Assembly (NCBI GenBank): GCA_963744645.1
Contig: CAVUUN010000024.1
Location: 36,325-100,324, forward strand
Origin: an uncultured Acidobacteriota bacterium
GTDB taxonomy: Bacteria > Acidobacteriota > UBA6911 > RPQK01
DNA length: 64,000 bases
Direction of reading: 5' to 3'
This document shows positions 48,872 through 59,391 of the stretch, piece by piece (the stretch's first letter is position 1; every line of letters begins with the position of its first letter). The position numbers and the translations under genes are program-made. The notes beneath the pieces are model-generated. The model was not told where the DNA came from. It worked only from the letters and a program-made list of their open reading frames with translations, and ran no database searches.

Positions 48872-50182
48872 TCACACGCCGTATTCGGCGGCCAGCTGGT
48901 AGTTCTTTGGAATGCGACCGACCAGGTACGCCGCCGAGGCGGGGAGCAGGTCGCGATTGGGCCAGCTCGACTCGCGCCAGTGCTCGATCGCCTGTCCGAC
49001 GTAAAGGACATCCTGGGAGCAGGCACAGGCGGCGTCGTTCTTGATGGTCTCTTGCCACAGGGCGTGCAACAGCTCGTTACGCCTCGCTTCGGGCAAACCC
49101 AGGCCCGCCAGCACGGCGGTGGCGGAAGCATGAGGGTCCGTGTGGCTGATCACGCTCCTTAGAACGCCCGTAGGATCGGTCGGACACAGGCGCGCGACGA
49201 CGTCCTCGACGGTACGGTTGCGCTGGTTGGTTTCCGCGCTCGCTCGTGCCGCCCGGTTCAGAAGAACCACGGCCGTTCGGAGGTGGCTGGGCGGCTCGGA
49301 AGTCCGGGAATCCAGATGCCGGCAAAGGGAGATTACCTGGAAGACGCGCACGGGAAGCTCCCACTTCGTACCGTTGGAATTGATCACTGCCTGGGCACAA
49401 GCGAGCAGCAGGCCGTCGTACACCTGCCTGGTGCTCAGACCGCCGCCCGCCATCTTTTCGACTGCACGCGAAGCCTGCTCGGGTGATCCGGTCAGGAGTG
49501 CGGTTTCAGCCTCCCGGTAGGTCTCGGCGCTGGCGGATTTGTCTTCCCGGCCGGCACGGATGGGCGATTGCCCCTGTTCGCTCGGCTGCTGGTCGCCGAG
49601 CACGAGGAAGTGAAGGGCAGGGAGGAGGGAATCCGGCGCCCAGCGCCATTCTCCGCGCTCGGCAATAATCCAGGCGAGGTGAAGAAACAGCGCCTTGCAT
49701 CCGAAATATGAGGAGTCGGCCAGGGCCAACTCCAGGGACCGTGCTCGGAAGAATTCCCGTTCTGAGTCGGCCGAGAGGAATCCCTTGACTACCCCGAATG
49801 CCGAGTCGAAGTCCTGATCCCGGTATGCTCTCTTGAAGCGGTCGAACCGTTGCTCGGCCGTGCCGTTTTCGAAGGGAGTGAGTGGCTTGATCGTCAACGG
49901 CACCCGGCGTCTGCCTTTCGCAACCGCCCACGCCTGCCGGACAAACAGGCGCCACCTCAGGCTCTCGGGCACGAAGCAGGCGGTCGCGGCAGTGGCCTTT
50001 ACTGCTAACGCCGTGCATGGCGTTGCTATATAGAAAGGCTCGTAGAGGCGCGGGGCGGTGACCGCGTCAAGCCCGAGCATCCAGGCGAAAGCGTCGGGCT
50101 CCCCCTTCTCTATTTCCTTGGTTCGTCGTGTAAATTCTTTCACATCGGGGACGTGGAGGAGCTCATCGATCGCAACGTTCAT
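48872..50182 (-). CDS. Hypothetical alpha-helical protein
   Basis: Uninterrupted ~436-aa ORF between same-strand genes; no motif recognised. Confidence 0.6.
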   Translation of the reverse strand: MNVAIDELLHVPDVKEFTRRTKEIEKGEPDAFAWMLGLDAVTAPRLYEPFYIATPCTALAVKATAATACFVPESLRWRLFVRQAWAVAKGRRRVPLTIKPLTPFENGTAEQRFDRFKRAYRDQDFDSAFGVVKGFLSADSEREFFRARSLELALADSSYFGCKALFLHLAWIIAERGEWRWAPDSLLPALHFLVLGDQQPSEQGQSPIRAGREDKSASAETYREAETALLTGSPEQASRAVEKMAGGGLSTRQVYDGLLLACAQAVINSNGTKWELPVRVFQVISLCRHLDSRTSEPPSHLRTAVVLLNRAARASAETNQRNRTVEDVVARLCPTDPTGVLRSVISHTDPHASATAVLAGLGLPEARRNELLHALWQETIKNDAACACSQDVLYVGQAIEHWRESSWPNRDLLPASAAYLVGRIPKNYQLAAEYGV

Positions 50183-50280
50183 TTTGCCTCGGTTCAATAG
50201 GAAGCGGGAGGTTGGAAACCAAAGATACTACGGCCAGTCTATGTGAAAATCGGGGATCCTGACAAGGGAAGGGAGGGCAG

Positions 50281-50429
50281 GACAACTGACAACTGACGAC
50301 TGACGACTGACAACTGACGACTGACGACTGACGACTGACAACTGACAACTGACGACTCTGCCGTGCTCGGTCGGCAGTAGTTAGTTGTTAGTTGTCAGTT
50401 GTCAGTTGTCAGTCGTCAGTCGTCAGTCG
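50281..50429. repeat. Inverted heptamer array (ACTGACR)x~11 ... (YGTCAGT)x~7
   Basis: Same unit as the array at 11344. Confidence 0.92.
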
Positions 50430-50436
50430 CATTCGG

Positions 50437-51441
50437 CTACCGGTTCGCCTTCTCGAGGCTGATGTTTCCGCCGGATGTACGCAGGAAAAGCTGAGGGCCT
50501 CCGCCGTTGACCGGGCCGCGCATCTCGTTCTTTTCCATCACCTGGACGGAAATCGGGAAGTCGGCGCGCACGCGGCCTCCGCTGGTCTTCGCATCGACGT
50601 CAAAGCCGATGTTTTCGGCCATGCGGACTTCGATGCCGCCTCCGGAGGTTGATAATCGGCAGTCTCCGCTCGGTTGCTGCATGATCGTCGCCGACACGCT
50701 GCCGCCCGAAGTGGAAGCATCGATTTCGCCGAAGACCTCGTTCACATCGATCCCGCCGCCGGACGTTCTCGCGTGGACGCGTCCCCGGGCCTGTTCGATC
50801 GAGATGGAACCGCCGGACGTCTCGGCTGCGACATCGCCTTCCACGTCGCCGATATCGATTCCGCCGCCCGAGGTACGGATGTCGGCGGTGCCTCGCGAGG
50901 ATTGGAGTCGAATGCTCCCGCCGGAGGTCTTCCCTTCGACTGGTCCGACAATCTGGCCAAAATCGAGGCCCCCGCCGGAGGTCTTGGCCAGGACTCTACC
51001 CTCGAGGTCGGCGACTTTGATCGATCCGCCCGAAGTCTTCAAGTCCACGTTGTAGGATCGCGGAACGGTGATGATGAAAGAGAGTCGAAGCCGGTTGTGA
51101 CGAAACCAGTTGGAGCCGTGGGGAAGCTTGGCGCTCACATTCACGTTATTCCCCGACTGGACGATCGAAAGATCCAGCTCATCAAGCGCGCTTCGGGAAC
51201 TGTCGTCACGGACCTGACGAATGACCTCTACGTCGACGCGATTCGATGTCTGGGTCTGGACCTCGATAGAGCCGAGGTCCGAGTCAACAGTCAGTTGCCC
51301 GCCAGACGCAACTTCGAACGACTTTCTGACGGTGTCCTTCGGTCCATCCCAGGAGGCGGCCGTTTCGATGACGTCGCATCCCGAAAGAAACAGAACCAAA
51401 GCCGACAATGGAACCATCGCGAGTTGAAGTACCCTGTTCAT
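50437..51441 (-). CDS. DUF4097 beta-strand-repeat lipoprotein
   Basis: LSGC lipobox; repeated TSGG(S/G)I. Confidence 0.88.
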   Translation of the reverse strand: MNRVLQLAMVPLSALVLFLSGCDVIETAASWDGPKDTVRKSFEVASGGQLTVDSDLGSIEVQTQTSNRVDVEVIRQVRDDSSRSALDELDLSIVQSGNNVNVSAKLPHGSNWFRHNRLRLSFIITVPRSYNVDLKTSGGSIKVADLEGRVLAKTSGGGLDFGQIVGPVEGKTSGGSIRLQSSRGTADIRTSGGGIDIGDVEGDVAAETSGGSISIEQARGRVHARTSGGGIDVNEVFGEIDASTSGGSVSATIMQQPSGDCRLSTSGGGIEVRMAENIGFDVDAKTSGGRVRADFPISVQVMEKNEMRGPVNGGGPQLFLRTSGGNISLEKANR

Positions 51442-51633
51442 TCTGACGTTCCCCCTCCTTGAGGTATATGAGCAATAACGGATGAACAGGTCAGAATGTT
51501 CGAGTTTCGGGGACATAATACTTAATTCCCACTCAGTGACCGCCAATCGCGCGAAAGCAAAGGAATTAAGTTTTGTGTCCCCGAAACTCCCCGTCCCCGA
51601 AACTCCAGCCCCCGGTGGACAAGTCCCTCGCGG

Positions 51634-53986
51634 CTAGCCGATCTTCTGCCGCAACTCCTCCGTGGCGCTGGGAAGGGCATTCTCCAGCGCTTCTTCGACC
51701 CGGTCAACAAGCACGAACTCCATCTTTTCGCGGACATTGTCGGGCAGTTCCCTGAGGTCCTGCTCGTTGCGCTTCGGCAGAATGACGCGGCTGAATCCGG
51801 CCCGGCGTGCGGCCAGGACCTTCTCCTTGATGCCTCCGACCGGGAGCACGCGGCCCCGCAGGCTGATTTCTCCGGTCATGGCCGTGTCCGGTGCGGACGG
51901 GAGAGGAGGTGTACATCGAGACGAGCGCGCAGGCGATGGTGACTCCTGCCGACGGACCGTCTTTCGGGATGCCGCCTGCCGGGACGTGAATGTGGACTCC
52001 GGAGTTCTTGAAGGTATCCGGCTCAATGCTCCAAGCCTCGGCATGAGACCAGACGTAGCTCTGGGCGGCCTGCGCCGATTCGCGCATCACCTCGCCGAGT
52101 TGGCCGGTCAGAGTCAGTCCTTTGCCGTCGGGGAGCAGTGTAGCTTCGATGAACAGGACATCGCCGCCGGTTTCGGTCCAGGCCAGGCCGATTGCGACAC
52201 CCGGCGGAAGGTTCTCCCGGGTATCCTGCGATGGAATACGTTCGGGGCCGAGCAGGTCGATCAGCGAATCGGCGGTGACGGTAACCAGGTCGGTCTTCCC
52301 TTCCGCGAAAAGGAGGGCTACTTTGCGGGTGAGGCGGCCGATAGCGCGTTCCAGTTGGCGGACCCCCGCCTCCCGGGTATAGCCTGCGATCACGTGCTCG
52401 AGCGCCTCCTCGGTGATTACGATTTTTTCGTCGTCCAGTCCCGCTTCCCGTATCTGCCGCGGAATGAGGTAACGGCGGGCGATCTCAACCTTTTCCTCCT
52501 GGCTATAGCCGGAAAGGCGGAGGACTTCCATCCGGTCAAGCAGGGGAGCCGGGGTGGTTTCGAGCGTATTTGCGGTGGTTATGAAGAAGACGCTTGAAAG
52601 GTCGAAAGGCACCTCCAGGTAGTTATCCCTGAAATCCTTGTTCTGCTGTGGATCGAGGATCTCAAGAAGGGCGGCTGCAGGGTCGCCGCGGAAATCCCGG
52701 CCCAGCTTGTCCACTTCATCGAGCATGAGGACCGGGTTGTTGACGCCCGCCCGGCGGATTGCCTGGATGATCCTCCCGGGCATGGCGCCGATGTAAGTGC
52801 GTCGATGACCACGCAACTCCGCCTCGTCATGCATTCCGCCGAGAGACATCCGTTCAAAAGTGCGTCCGAGCGCTCGCGCTATGGACTGCCCAAGGGAAGT
52901 CTTCCCGACTCCCGGCGGGCCGACGAAGCAGAGGATCGGCGCCTTAGCCTGGGGGTTCATTTTCAAAACGCCCAGGTGTTCCAGGATTCGCTCCTTGATC
53001 TCATCCAAGTCGTAATGGTCCTCGTTCAGGACCTGGCGGGCGAAGGGGATGTCGATGTGGTCCTCGGATTTCTTCTTCCAGGGCAATTCCAGGACGAGCT
53101 CGATGTAGCTCCGAAGGACGCTCTGTTCCGGCGACATGCCGGGCAGCCGCTCGAGTCTGGCCAACTCCCGCTCGACCTCCTTTTGGACGTTCTCAGGGAG
53201 ATCGGCCTGGGAAAAACGGTCGCGCAGAAGCGCGGTCTCGGCCTGTTCGGGATCCTGCTCCCCGAGCTCCTGCTGGATGGCCTTCAGCTGCTGGCGCAGG
53301 TAGTACTCGCGCTGCTGTTTGTTCATCTCGGTCTGGGCCTTGCTCGCGATCCCCTTGCGCAATTCCAGCACCTGGACCTCGTAGGACAGGTAATCGTACA
53401 TGAGGCGCATGGCATCGATCAGACCCGGCGCTTCCAGCAGGGCCTGCTCGCGTTTGATATCAAGCGTGAGCATCGATCCCAGGTGATAGACCAGGCGCCA
53501 CGGGTCTTCCGCCTCGCCGAGCAGCTGGCTCACATCCAGGCCGCCGCCTTCTGCCTGGGCGGCCGCCATTGCGCGGCCGAGCAAATCGAGCAGGGTGCGG
53601 TGCAATGCCTCGACCTCGGGTCCGCTTTGCTCGACCGTCGGAAAAGGGCGGATGCGGCCGATCGGGTAAGGCTGCAGTCTCTCGAGCTTCACCAGGACGA
53701 TTCGCTCGACACCTTGCACGATCAGCTGGACGACACGCTTCTCCGCCCGTTGCAGCTTCTTGATGATGCCTTTCGTGCCGACCGAGTACAGGTCTTCCTG
53801 GGAGTGCAGGTCGGCGGACATGTTCTTCTGGGCGACCAGAACGATTTCCTTATCCTGGGTTGCGAGCGCTGCTTCCACGGCCGCGATTGAAATCTGCCGG
53901 CCGACCGACAGAGGCATGAGGACATGCGGGAACACCACGCTGTTTCGAAGCGGCAGAACCGGCAAACTCTGGAGCATCTCTGTCAT
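51634..53986 (-). CDS. lon: ATP-dependent protease La; one frameshift
   Basis: [43 protein letters not shown]. Confidence 0.95.
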
Positions 53987-54327
53987 GGCTGGTTCACCTC
54001 GCATAACAAATGGATCAGGAGCATTCCTTCCTGGTAGTCGCTCGATAATTCAACGGAACCAAGCTGCTTGCAGGGCAGCTCGAGGGTCCGCCTGAAACGG
54101 TTGTAGGCGATTTCCATCGCGTAACAGCTCCAACCGGGGTCGACTGTGAGGTCGCGCCGGGTTCCGCTGATTTCGACAATGGAGCCGGACACCCGGACGG
54201 AAACATCTTCGATCCGGACCCCGGCCACATCCACCTTGATGACCCAACCGTCCGCGGTCTGGTAGATGTCCACCCGGGGCTGCCAGGAATCGTCTCCCTC
54301 GGGGGCTTCACGAATTAGGAATGCCAT
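53983..54327 (-). CDS. Hsp20/alpha-crystallin family protein
   Basis: WQPRVDIY, VDVAGV, MEIAYNRFRR, YQEGML; AAAGGA RBS; overlaps the lon start. Confidence 0.88.
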   Translation of the reverse strand: MAFLIREAPEGDDSWQPRVDIYQTADGWVIKVDVAGVRIEDVSVRVSGSIVEISGTRRDLTVDPGWSCYAMEIAYNRFRRTLELPCKQLGSVELSSDYQEGMLLIHLLCEVNQP

Positions 54328-54608
54328 GCTGCGTCCTTTCGGGGATGGCTGGTGCGGGTCGTGGCGACTGGCGCTCTGGGGGGCGCAGTTGCCCCCGGCT
54401 GGGCGGCGCCTACTGCAGCAGATCGACCGATTGTTCGTTACCTCTATTCTGGCACGCCGGTCCGAGCACGCAAAGGGCGGGCGGAAATCGGGTGCTGTGC
54501 GGCGCCGCCGGCCTGTCTGCCTCAGAAGTGGCATTTGAAACGGATCGGGTCGGGAGTACAATCGCCCCCGAAAAGGGATACACAGCGCAGGGCAGGGCAG
54601 GGAACGGG

Positions 54609-54911
54609 ATGATTCGGCATATCGTCATCTGGAAACTGAAGGAGCAGGCGGGTCGCCGCACGAGGTGGGAGAACGCCGGCATCGCCAAAGAGATGCTGGA
54701 GAGTCTGAGGGGCCGGATCCCGGGTCTGCTCAAGCTTGAGGTTGGCATCGATTCGAGCCGAACAGGTTCATCCGGCGACCTCGTTCTGCTCTCGGAGTTC
54801 GAGGATCAGGCTGCCCTGGAACAGTATCAGCGCCACCCGGAACATGAGCGTGTGGGGGAGTTCATAAGCGAGATTCGCAGCGAAAGGATTGTTGTCGATC
54901 ACGAAATATAG
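54609..54911 (+). CDS. Dabb stress-responsive A/B barrel protein
   Basis: MIRHIVIWKLK, IPG, YQRHPEH. Confidence 0.88.
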   Translation: MIRHIVIWKLKEQAGRRTRWENAGIAKEMLESLRGRIPGLLKLEVGIDSSRTGSSGDLVLLSEFEDQAALEQYQRHPEHERVGEFISEIRSERIVVDHEI

Positions 54912-55006
54912 AGAGAAGGCGGCGACGGGGGTGAATGGCCGTTCGAGCTCGAGGCGATTGGTGTAAGTGAGGAAGACGAAGTCCGCCTGAAAACTCGAAG
55001 GAAACA

Positions 55007-55366
55007 ATGAAGAAGATCAATCTGGCCGAGAAGTTTTCGCTGTTCTCGACTTATTGGGACCCGAAGATTGTCGGCGAGCTCAACGGCCAATACGTCAAGC
55101 TGGTGAAATTTCAGGGGCCATTTGTCTGGCACAAGCACGACCACGAAGACGAACTATTCCTGGTGGTCCGCGGTGAATTGAGCATTGAGTTTCGCGAGGA
55201 AACTGTATCGCTCAGTGAGGGCGAGTTCCTCATTGTACCGAGAGGCGTCGAGCATCGGCCTGTAGCCGAACGCGAAGTTCACGTCTTGCTCTTTGAACCC
55301 GCCTCGACCCTCAACACGGGGGACTCGCCCGGTGAACGGACCGTTTTGAACCCGGACTGGCTTTAG
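55007..55366 (+). CDS. Cupin domain protein
   Basis: FVWHKHDHEDELF, VPRGVEHRP. Confidence 0.9.
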   Translation: MKKINLAEKFSLFSTYWDPKIVGELNGQYVKLVKFQGPFVWHKHDHEDELFLVVRGELSIEFREETVSLSEGEFLIVPRGVEHRPVAEREVHVLLFEPASTLNTGDSPGERTVLNPDWL

Positions 55367-55511
55367 TTTGGCACATCGAAGAAAAGGGGAGCGGCGGCAG
55401 AGCCTCAAGACCCAGGAGGAGGGAGTCGGAGCATGAACTACTCGAAAGTCTTTGGCTCTCCCGATTAAGTCCTGATCGTGCGGGTGTGATTCCGGCAAGC
55501 GGTGATTCTGC

Positions 55512-56471
55512 TCAGGAGTCAAGAGGACTCTTGACTCCCCGTCCCCCTTGGTTGAGGACGTGTGTATACACCATGGTTGTTGAGACATCCTTGTGGCCGA
55601 GGAGTTCCTGCACGGTGCGGATGTCGTACCCGGATTCAAGGAGATGAGTCGCGAAACTATGACGAAGCGAATGGCAGCTTCCCGCCTTTTCGATTTTGGC
55701 CGCTCGGATAGCTTCAGCGACGGCGCGCTCGAGGGCCGAGGCTCCCACATGGTGCCGACGAACCTGGCCGCTTCTCGGGTCTGCGGATCGCTTCTTGGCC
55801 GGGAACACGTATTGCCAGACCCAGTTGCAGGAGGCGTTCGGGTATTTGCGGTCGAGCGCGTCGGGCATGAACACCTGGCCGTACCCGTCGTTGAGGTCCT
55901 GTTGGTGAAGCAACCTCACCCTTTCAAGATGTTGTTTGAGTGGATCTTCGAGACTTAAGGGCAGGACTGTGACGCGATCAATCTGGCCTTTGCCGTCGCG
56001 CACAACAATCTGGTGATACCCGAAGTCGATATCCTTGACGCGGAGTCGAAGACACTCCATCAGGCGCAGCCCCGATCCGTAGAGCAGGCTGGTCATTAGC
56101 CAGAGAGTACCCTGGAGGTTCAGGAGGATGCGGCGGACCTCATCGCGCGTGAAGACGACCGGCAATCGTTTTGGTTTTTTTGCGCGTACGAGTTGATCTA
56201 GATCGGACAGCGGGCGTTGGAGGACCTTTTCGTACAGGAAGAGTAGCGCCGCCAAAGCCTGGTTCTGGGTCGAGGCGGCCACTTTCCGGTCCACGGCCAA
56301 ATGGGTCAGAAAGGCCGAGACATCTTTTTCGGCCAACGCGGTCGGATGCCTTTTGTTGTGAAAGACGATGAACTGGCGGATCCAGGCGATGTAAGCTTGC
56401 TCGGTCCGGAGGCTGTAGTGCCGGGTACGAATGGCGTTGCGGACCTGGTCCAACAGCTTCGGCTTGTCCAT
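55512..56471 (-). CDS. intI: Integron integrase
   Basis: [27 protein letters not shown], IntI insert [33 protein letters not shown]. Confidence 0.97.
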   Translation of the reverse strand: MDKPKLLDQVRNAIRTRHYSLRTEQAYIAWIRQFIVFHNKRHPTALAEKDVSAFLTHLAVDRKVAASTQNQALAALLFLYEKVLQRPLSDLDQLVRAKKPKRLPVVFTRDEVRRILLNLQGTLWLMTSLLYGSGLRLMECLRLRVKDIDFGYHQIVVRDGKGQIDRVTVLPLSLEDPLKQHLERVRLLHQQDLNDGYGQVFMPDALDRKYPNASCNWVWQYVFPAKKRSADPRSGQVRRHHVGASALERAVAEAIRAAKIEKAGSCHSLRHSFATHLLESGYDIRTVQELLGHKDVSTTMVYTHVLNQGGRGVKSPLDS

Positions 56472-56493
56472 AGGAAGCCCCTCGCCGTATAAT
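56464..56493 (+). promoter_or_regulatory. Candidate cassette promoter Pc
   Basis: TTGTCC-N18-TATAAT spanning the intI start and facing attI. Confidence 0.6.
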
Positions 56494-56554
56494 CTTCGAT
56501 GTCTGTCTGTAAGTCAAAGATAATGAGGATATTAATCCGAAGTCGACGGAATTA

Positions 56555-56612
56555 GTCGGCCTAATCGCCGCAATTAATCACGTCGATTAGGCCGACGAAA
56601 CACAAGTTAGGC
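56555..56612 (+). other. attI site (crossover G|TTAGGC at 56606)
   Basis: First GTTRRRY upstream of intI with no preceding attC; 13-bp inverted repeat just 5' of it. Confidence 0.75.
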
Positions 56613-56803
56613 GGCGCCGAACGCTGAGTTCCTTTGGCCTGAGGGCGGAAAGACAGCAGCCTCAGCCGGAAGCGGTTGCCAATTCGAACTCGGCCGGGGC
56701 AAGATCGAGCCGGCGCGTTCGGGTGTTCCGGGTCGCGGGTGCAAGTTGATTGCCCCCGTGTCTGTTGCTTACCAGACTAACCGGTTCGACCCAGCCAGGC
56801 GCA
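56613..56803 (+). ncRNA. ORF-less cassette 1, candidate structured RNA (type A)
   Basis: No ATG on either strand; several helices; homologous to 61696-61892. Confidence 0.55.
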
Positions 56804-56931
56804 GCCTAACCAGTCGTTGCAGCGGAGCGGCTGGGAGTCGAGCTTCAGCGGGAACGAACCGGTGATAACACGAGTGGCGGCACGGCGCGACTGCTCGGCT
56901 CCAGCCGCCCGCTGAACTTTTTACGTTAGGC
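56804..56931 (+). other. attC1 (alpha subtype)
   Basis: GCCTAAC..TTGCAGCGGA..CCGCTGAAC..GTTAGGC. Confidence 0.92.
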
Positions 56932-56987
56932 AAATTTGCGACCTATCTCTTGACGACATAAAGAGATTCCCTGTTTGGGAGTACGCA

Positions 56988-57443
56988 TTGGATGAGGAAG
57001 ATTGTGAGGGACAGGATGAAGCGACTGTCAGGCCGGTTGAGCCACAGTCTCTTGACTTGGCCCATTTCTCCTACTTCATTCGTGCCAACTTCAGATTGGC
57101 CAACGGAGTCAGCTTCTTGGGATTGGTAACAGTGTCGCGACTGTCGGATGACGGGCTGATTAGCATCGAGGGGGACGAGGATCAGAACGCGGACCGACAG
57201 CCGATCATCATCACCTCCGAAGGGCAAGTGGGTTTCTGGTTCGGAGCGAGGAAACCTAGCGAAGAGGATCTACTTCAGGCCTATTCGCTCCTCGGATCTC
57301 GTGATCCTTTGACTGTTTTCCCTATTCAGTTCAAGACCGAGATTCCGCTTTCGATTTGGGAGGTTCGTGGTGCTATTGCCGGCTTCCTCCACCTGGAAGA
57401 CAAGGAAGACGAATTGAGCTATCGAGTGCGGGTGGCAAAATGA
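56988..57443 (+). CDS. Cassette 2 hypothetical protein (start uncertain)
   Basis: ORF fills the cassette between attC1 and attC2. Confidence 0.7.
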   Translation: MDEEDCEGQDEATVRPVEPQSLDLAHFSYFIRANFRLANGVSFLGLVTVSRLSDDGLISIEGDEDQNADRQPIIITSEGQVGFWFGARKPSEEDLLQAYSLLGSRDPLTVFPIQFKTEIPLSIWEVRGAIAGFLHLEDKEDELSYRVRVAK

Positions 57444-57472
57444 TCCGGGCTCGAAGCTCGGCCCGCCCCGCC

Positions 57473-57599
57473 TCCTAACCCCGCGTTGCAGCGGAGCCGC
57501 TGGGAGCCCCGTTCGCTCCAAAAACCGAGCGGCGCGGTTAGTTTCGGTCCGACCCGTGGTATCCTCCCCAGCGGCCCGCTGAACTTATTGCCGTTAGGC
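57473..57599 (+). other. attC2 (beta subtype)
   Basis: TCCTAAC..GTTAGGC palindrome. Confidence 0.92.
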
Positions 57600-57609
57600 G
57601 GCGAGAGCC

Positions 57610-57981
57610 ATGGACATTCCGTTCACTCACATCTCGGTTGGTGGGGATTTGAGTAACCCTGATGTCCTTATTGCTTTCTCGATCTGGCTTTCGGTCGTAG
57701 CATTACTGACGGTATCGTGGCTCTGGACCATTCGACACTATTTTGGCCCGCATCGTCTGCCGAAGGGCTTCTGGCCGGGTACCCTCGTCCTGCTTGGATT
57801 GATTTCTTTGGTGTCAACCGAATGTTGCTGGCACATCGCGCTGGTTGTGCAAACCGCTAGATTCGGCAAGTACATTGACACCACGTGGTGGGGCTATCCG
57901 CCCATTTGGCCGGTTCCCGCCTCGGCCGTGTCTGTGGGCATTGTCGCGTGGTGGTTCTTCTACAGGTTAAAAGCCGCCTAA
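57610..57981 (+). CDS. Cassette 3 small three-TM membrane protein
   Basis: Stop TAA lies inside the R'' box of attC3. Confidence 0.8.
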   Translation: MDIPFTHISVGGDLSNPDVLIAFSIWLSVVALLTVSWLWTIRHYFGPHRLPKGFWPGTLVLLGLISLVSTECCWHIALVVQTARFGKYIDTTWWGYPPIWPVPASAVSVGIVAWWFFYRLKAA

Positions 57982-58103
57982 CACCGCGTTCCAGCGGAGC
58001 GGCTGGGAGTCGCGCTTCGGTGGGAACGGTCAGGTGACAATATCCTGGGTGGCACGGTGCAGCGTCTCGGCTCCAGCCGCCCGCTGAACTTTTTCCGTTA
58101 GGC
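57976..58103 (+). other. attC3 (alpha subtype)
   Basis: GCCTAAC..GTTAGGC palindrome. Confidence 0.92.
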
Positions 58104-58153
58104 GGCGGCAAGGCCCTCGGAGAACTAAGAGTGGCGAAAACAAAGGAGATCAA

Positions 58154-58620
58154 ATGCTCGGCAAGAGAATCGCGCTAGGTTTCGGCATTGCGGTTGTTTT
58201 CCCAGCCATGGTTCATTTTGGGGTAAGCACTTTTGTTCCTGCCCCAAGAGAAAGGGATTATCAGGTCGAGAGTTACTACGGACGGCACGAAAGGGCGAAC
58301 CCAGAAGAACAGAAGAGCCTGGAAGATGAAGCGCACGCGACTCGAGAAACAGAAGGAGCAGGCGCAACTGAGATTTGAAAAGTACCTCTTCTTCGTTGCT
58401 GTCCCTTTGGGTCTATTTGCCATCATTGTTGGAGCGTTTTTCCGAAGCCACACGATAGGCACGGGCCTTATGTTGGGCGGGATTTTCAGTGCCTGCGACG
58501 GTTACTGGTACTATCGATCAGAATTACCCGATGTTTCTGTGGTTCGCATCAATGGTAATCGCGTTCGTCGTGCTTCTCTTTGTTGGGTACAAAAGGATCG
58601 AAGCGACTGGCGTCTAGCAG
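58154..58620 (+). CDS. Cassette 4 membrane protein; frameshifted, end approximate
   Basis: AGGAG RBS; TM, charged coil, then TMs across 58154..58378 and 58233..58691. Confidence 0.7.
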
Positions 58621-58636
58621 GCCGCGATGCTCCCCC

Positions 58637-58762
58637 GCCTAACCCGGCGTTGCAGCGGAGCGGCCCCGGCTTCCCTCCGGCGGGAAATTAGAGGTGAAAA
58701 ATCGGTTGGTGGCTCAGCGCAACGACTCGGCCGGGCCGCCCGCTGAACTTGTGCCGTTAGGC
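58637..58762 (+). other. attC4 (gamma subtype)
   Basis: GCCTAAC..GTTAGGC palindrome. Confidence 0.92.
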
Positions 58763-58797
58763 GGCTCAAAGGTTCCGAAGGCGGGTTCTAAGCTAAT

Positions 58798-59226
58798 ATG
58801 CAGACGCTGGTCGTTCGGGTACTGACGGCAAGTGTACTTCTCCTGGAAGTTGTCGCTGGTCGCGCGGCCTGGGGAAGAGCGAACTTCCTCTGGCCCACAG
58901 ACCTGAGCAAAACTGCGACTTCTCCGAGTTCAAACCACTAAAAATCACAGCCGAGACCGAACGGATCAAGCAGGTGAGCAAACGCCGATTACCCTGAAGA
59001 CGCGAAGCAGCGAGGAATAGCAGGCCGAGTCGTAGTCAAAGTCCTCGTTGATTCAGACGGCGTAGTCCGAAGAGCCTGCGCTACCAGCGGTCACCGAATG
59101 TTGCGAAGCAGCTGAGAAGGCGGCGCTCAACTCTGCTCTTTCATCCCGTACTTTTGAACCGAAAAGAGGCTCCGCCGGTTTCTCGAGGAGACAATAATCT
59201 TCGACTTCAAACCTGCGGCCAAGTAG
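58798..59226 (+). CDS. Cassette 5: exported TonB C-terminal-domain protein; frameshifted, absent from the ORF track
   Basis: Manual translation YPEDAKQRGIAGRVVVKVLVDSDGVV...SGHRML..AAEKAAL...ETIIFDF. Confidence 0.75.
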
Positions 59227-59236
59227 CGGCCGCACC

Positions 59237-59360
59237 GCCTAACCCCGCGTTCCAGCGGAACGGCCCCGGCGCTGCGACTAGGTGACCAAGAGGTGAAAAC
59301 GCGGCTGGTGGCTCGGGGCAACTGCTCGGCTGTGGCCGCCCGCTGAACTCGACGTTAGGC
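59237..59360 (+). other. attC5 (gamma subtype)
   Basis: GCCTAAC..GTTAGGC palindrome. Confidence 0.92.
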
Positions 59361-59391
59361 GGGCGTCATCCCCGGCCGATATAGTGAAGCC

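Noticed and set aside
12857-53986. Frameshifts in gltX, mutS2, lon, ntrY, ntrX and others as pseudogenes or programmed frameshifting
   Set aside because: They are scattered, hit essential genes and show no shared slippery motif; best explained as sequencing indels.
56472-56605. LexA box controlling intI
   Set aside because: Neither CTGT-N8-ACAG nor GTTC-N7-GTTC is present.
56630-56670. CTGAG..GAAA in cassette 1 as a hammerhead ribozyme core
   Set aside because: CUGANGA is not matched and the CTGA is absent from the homologous cassette 7.
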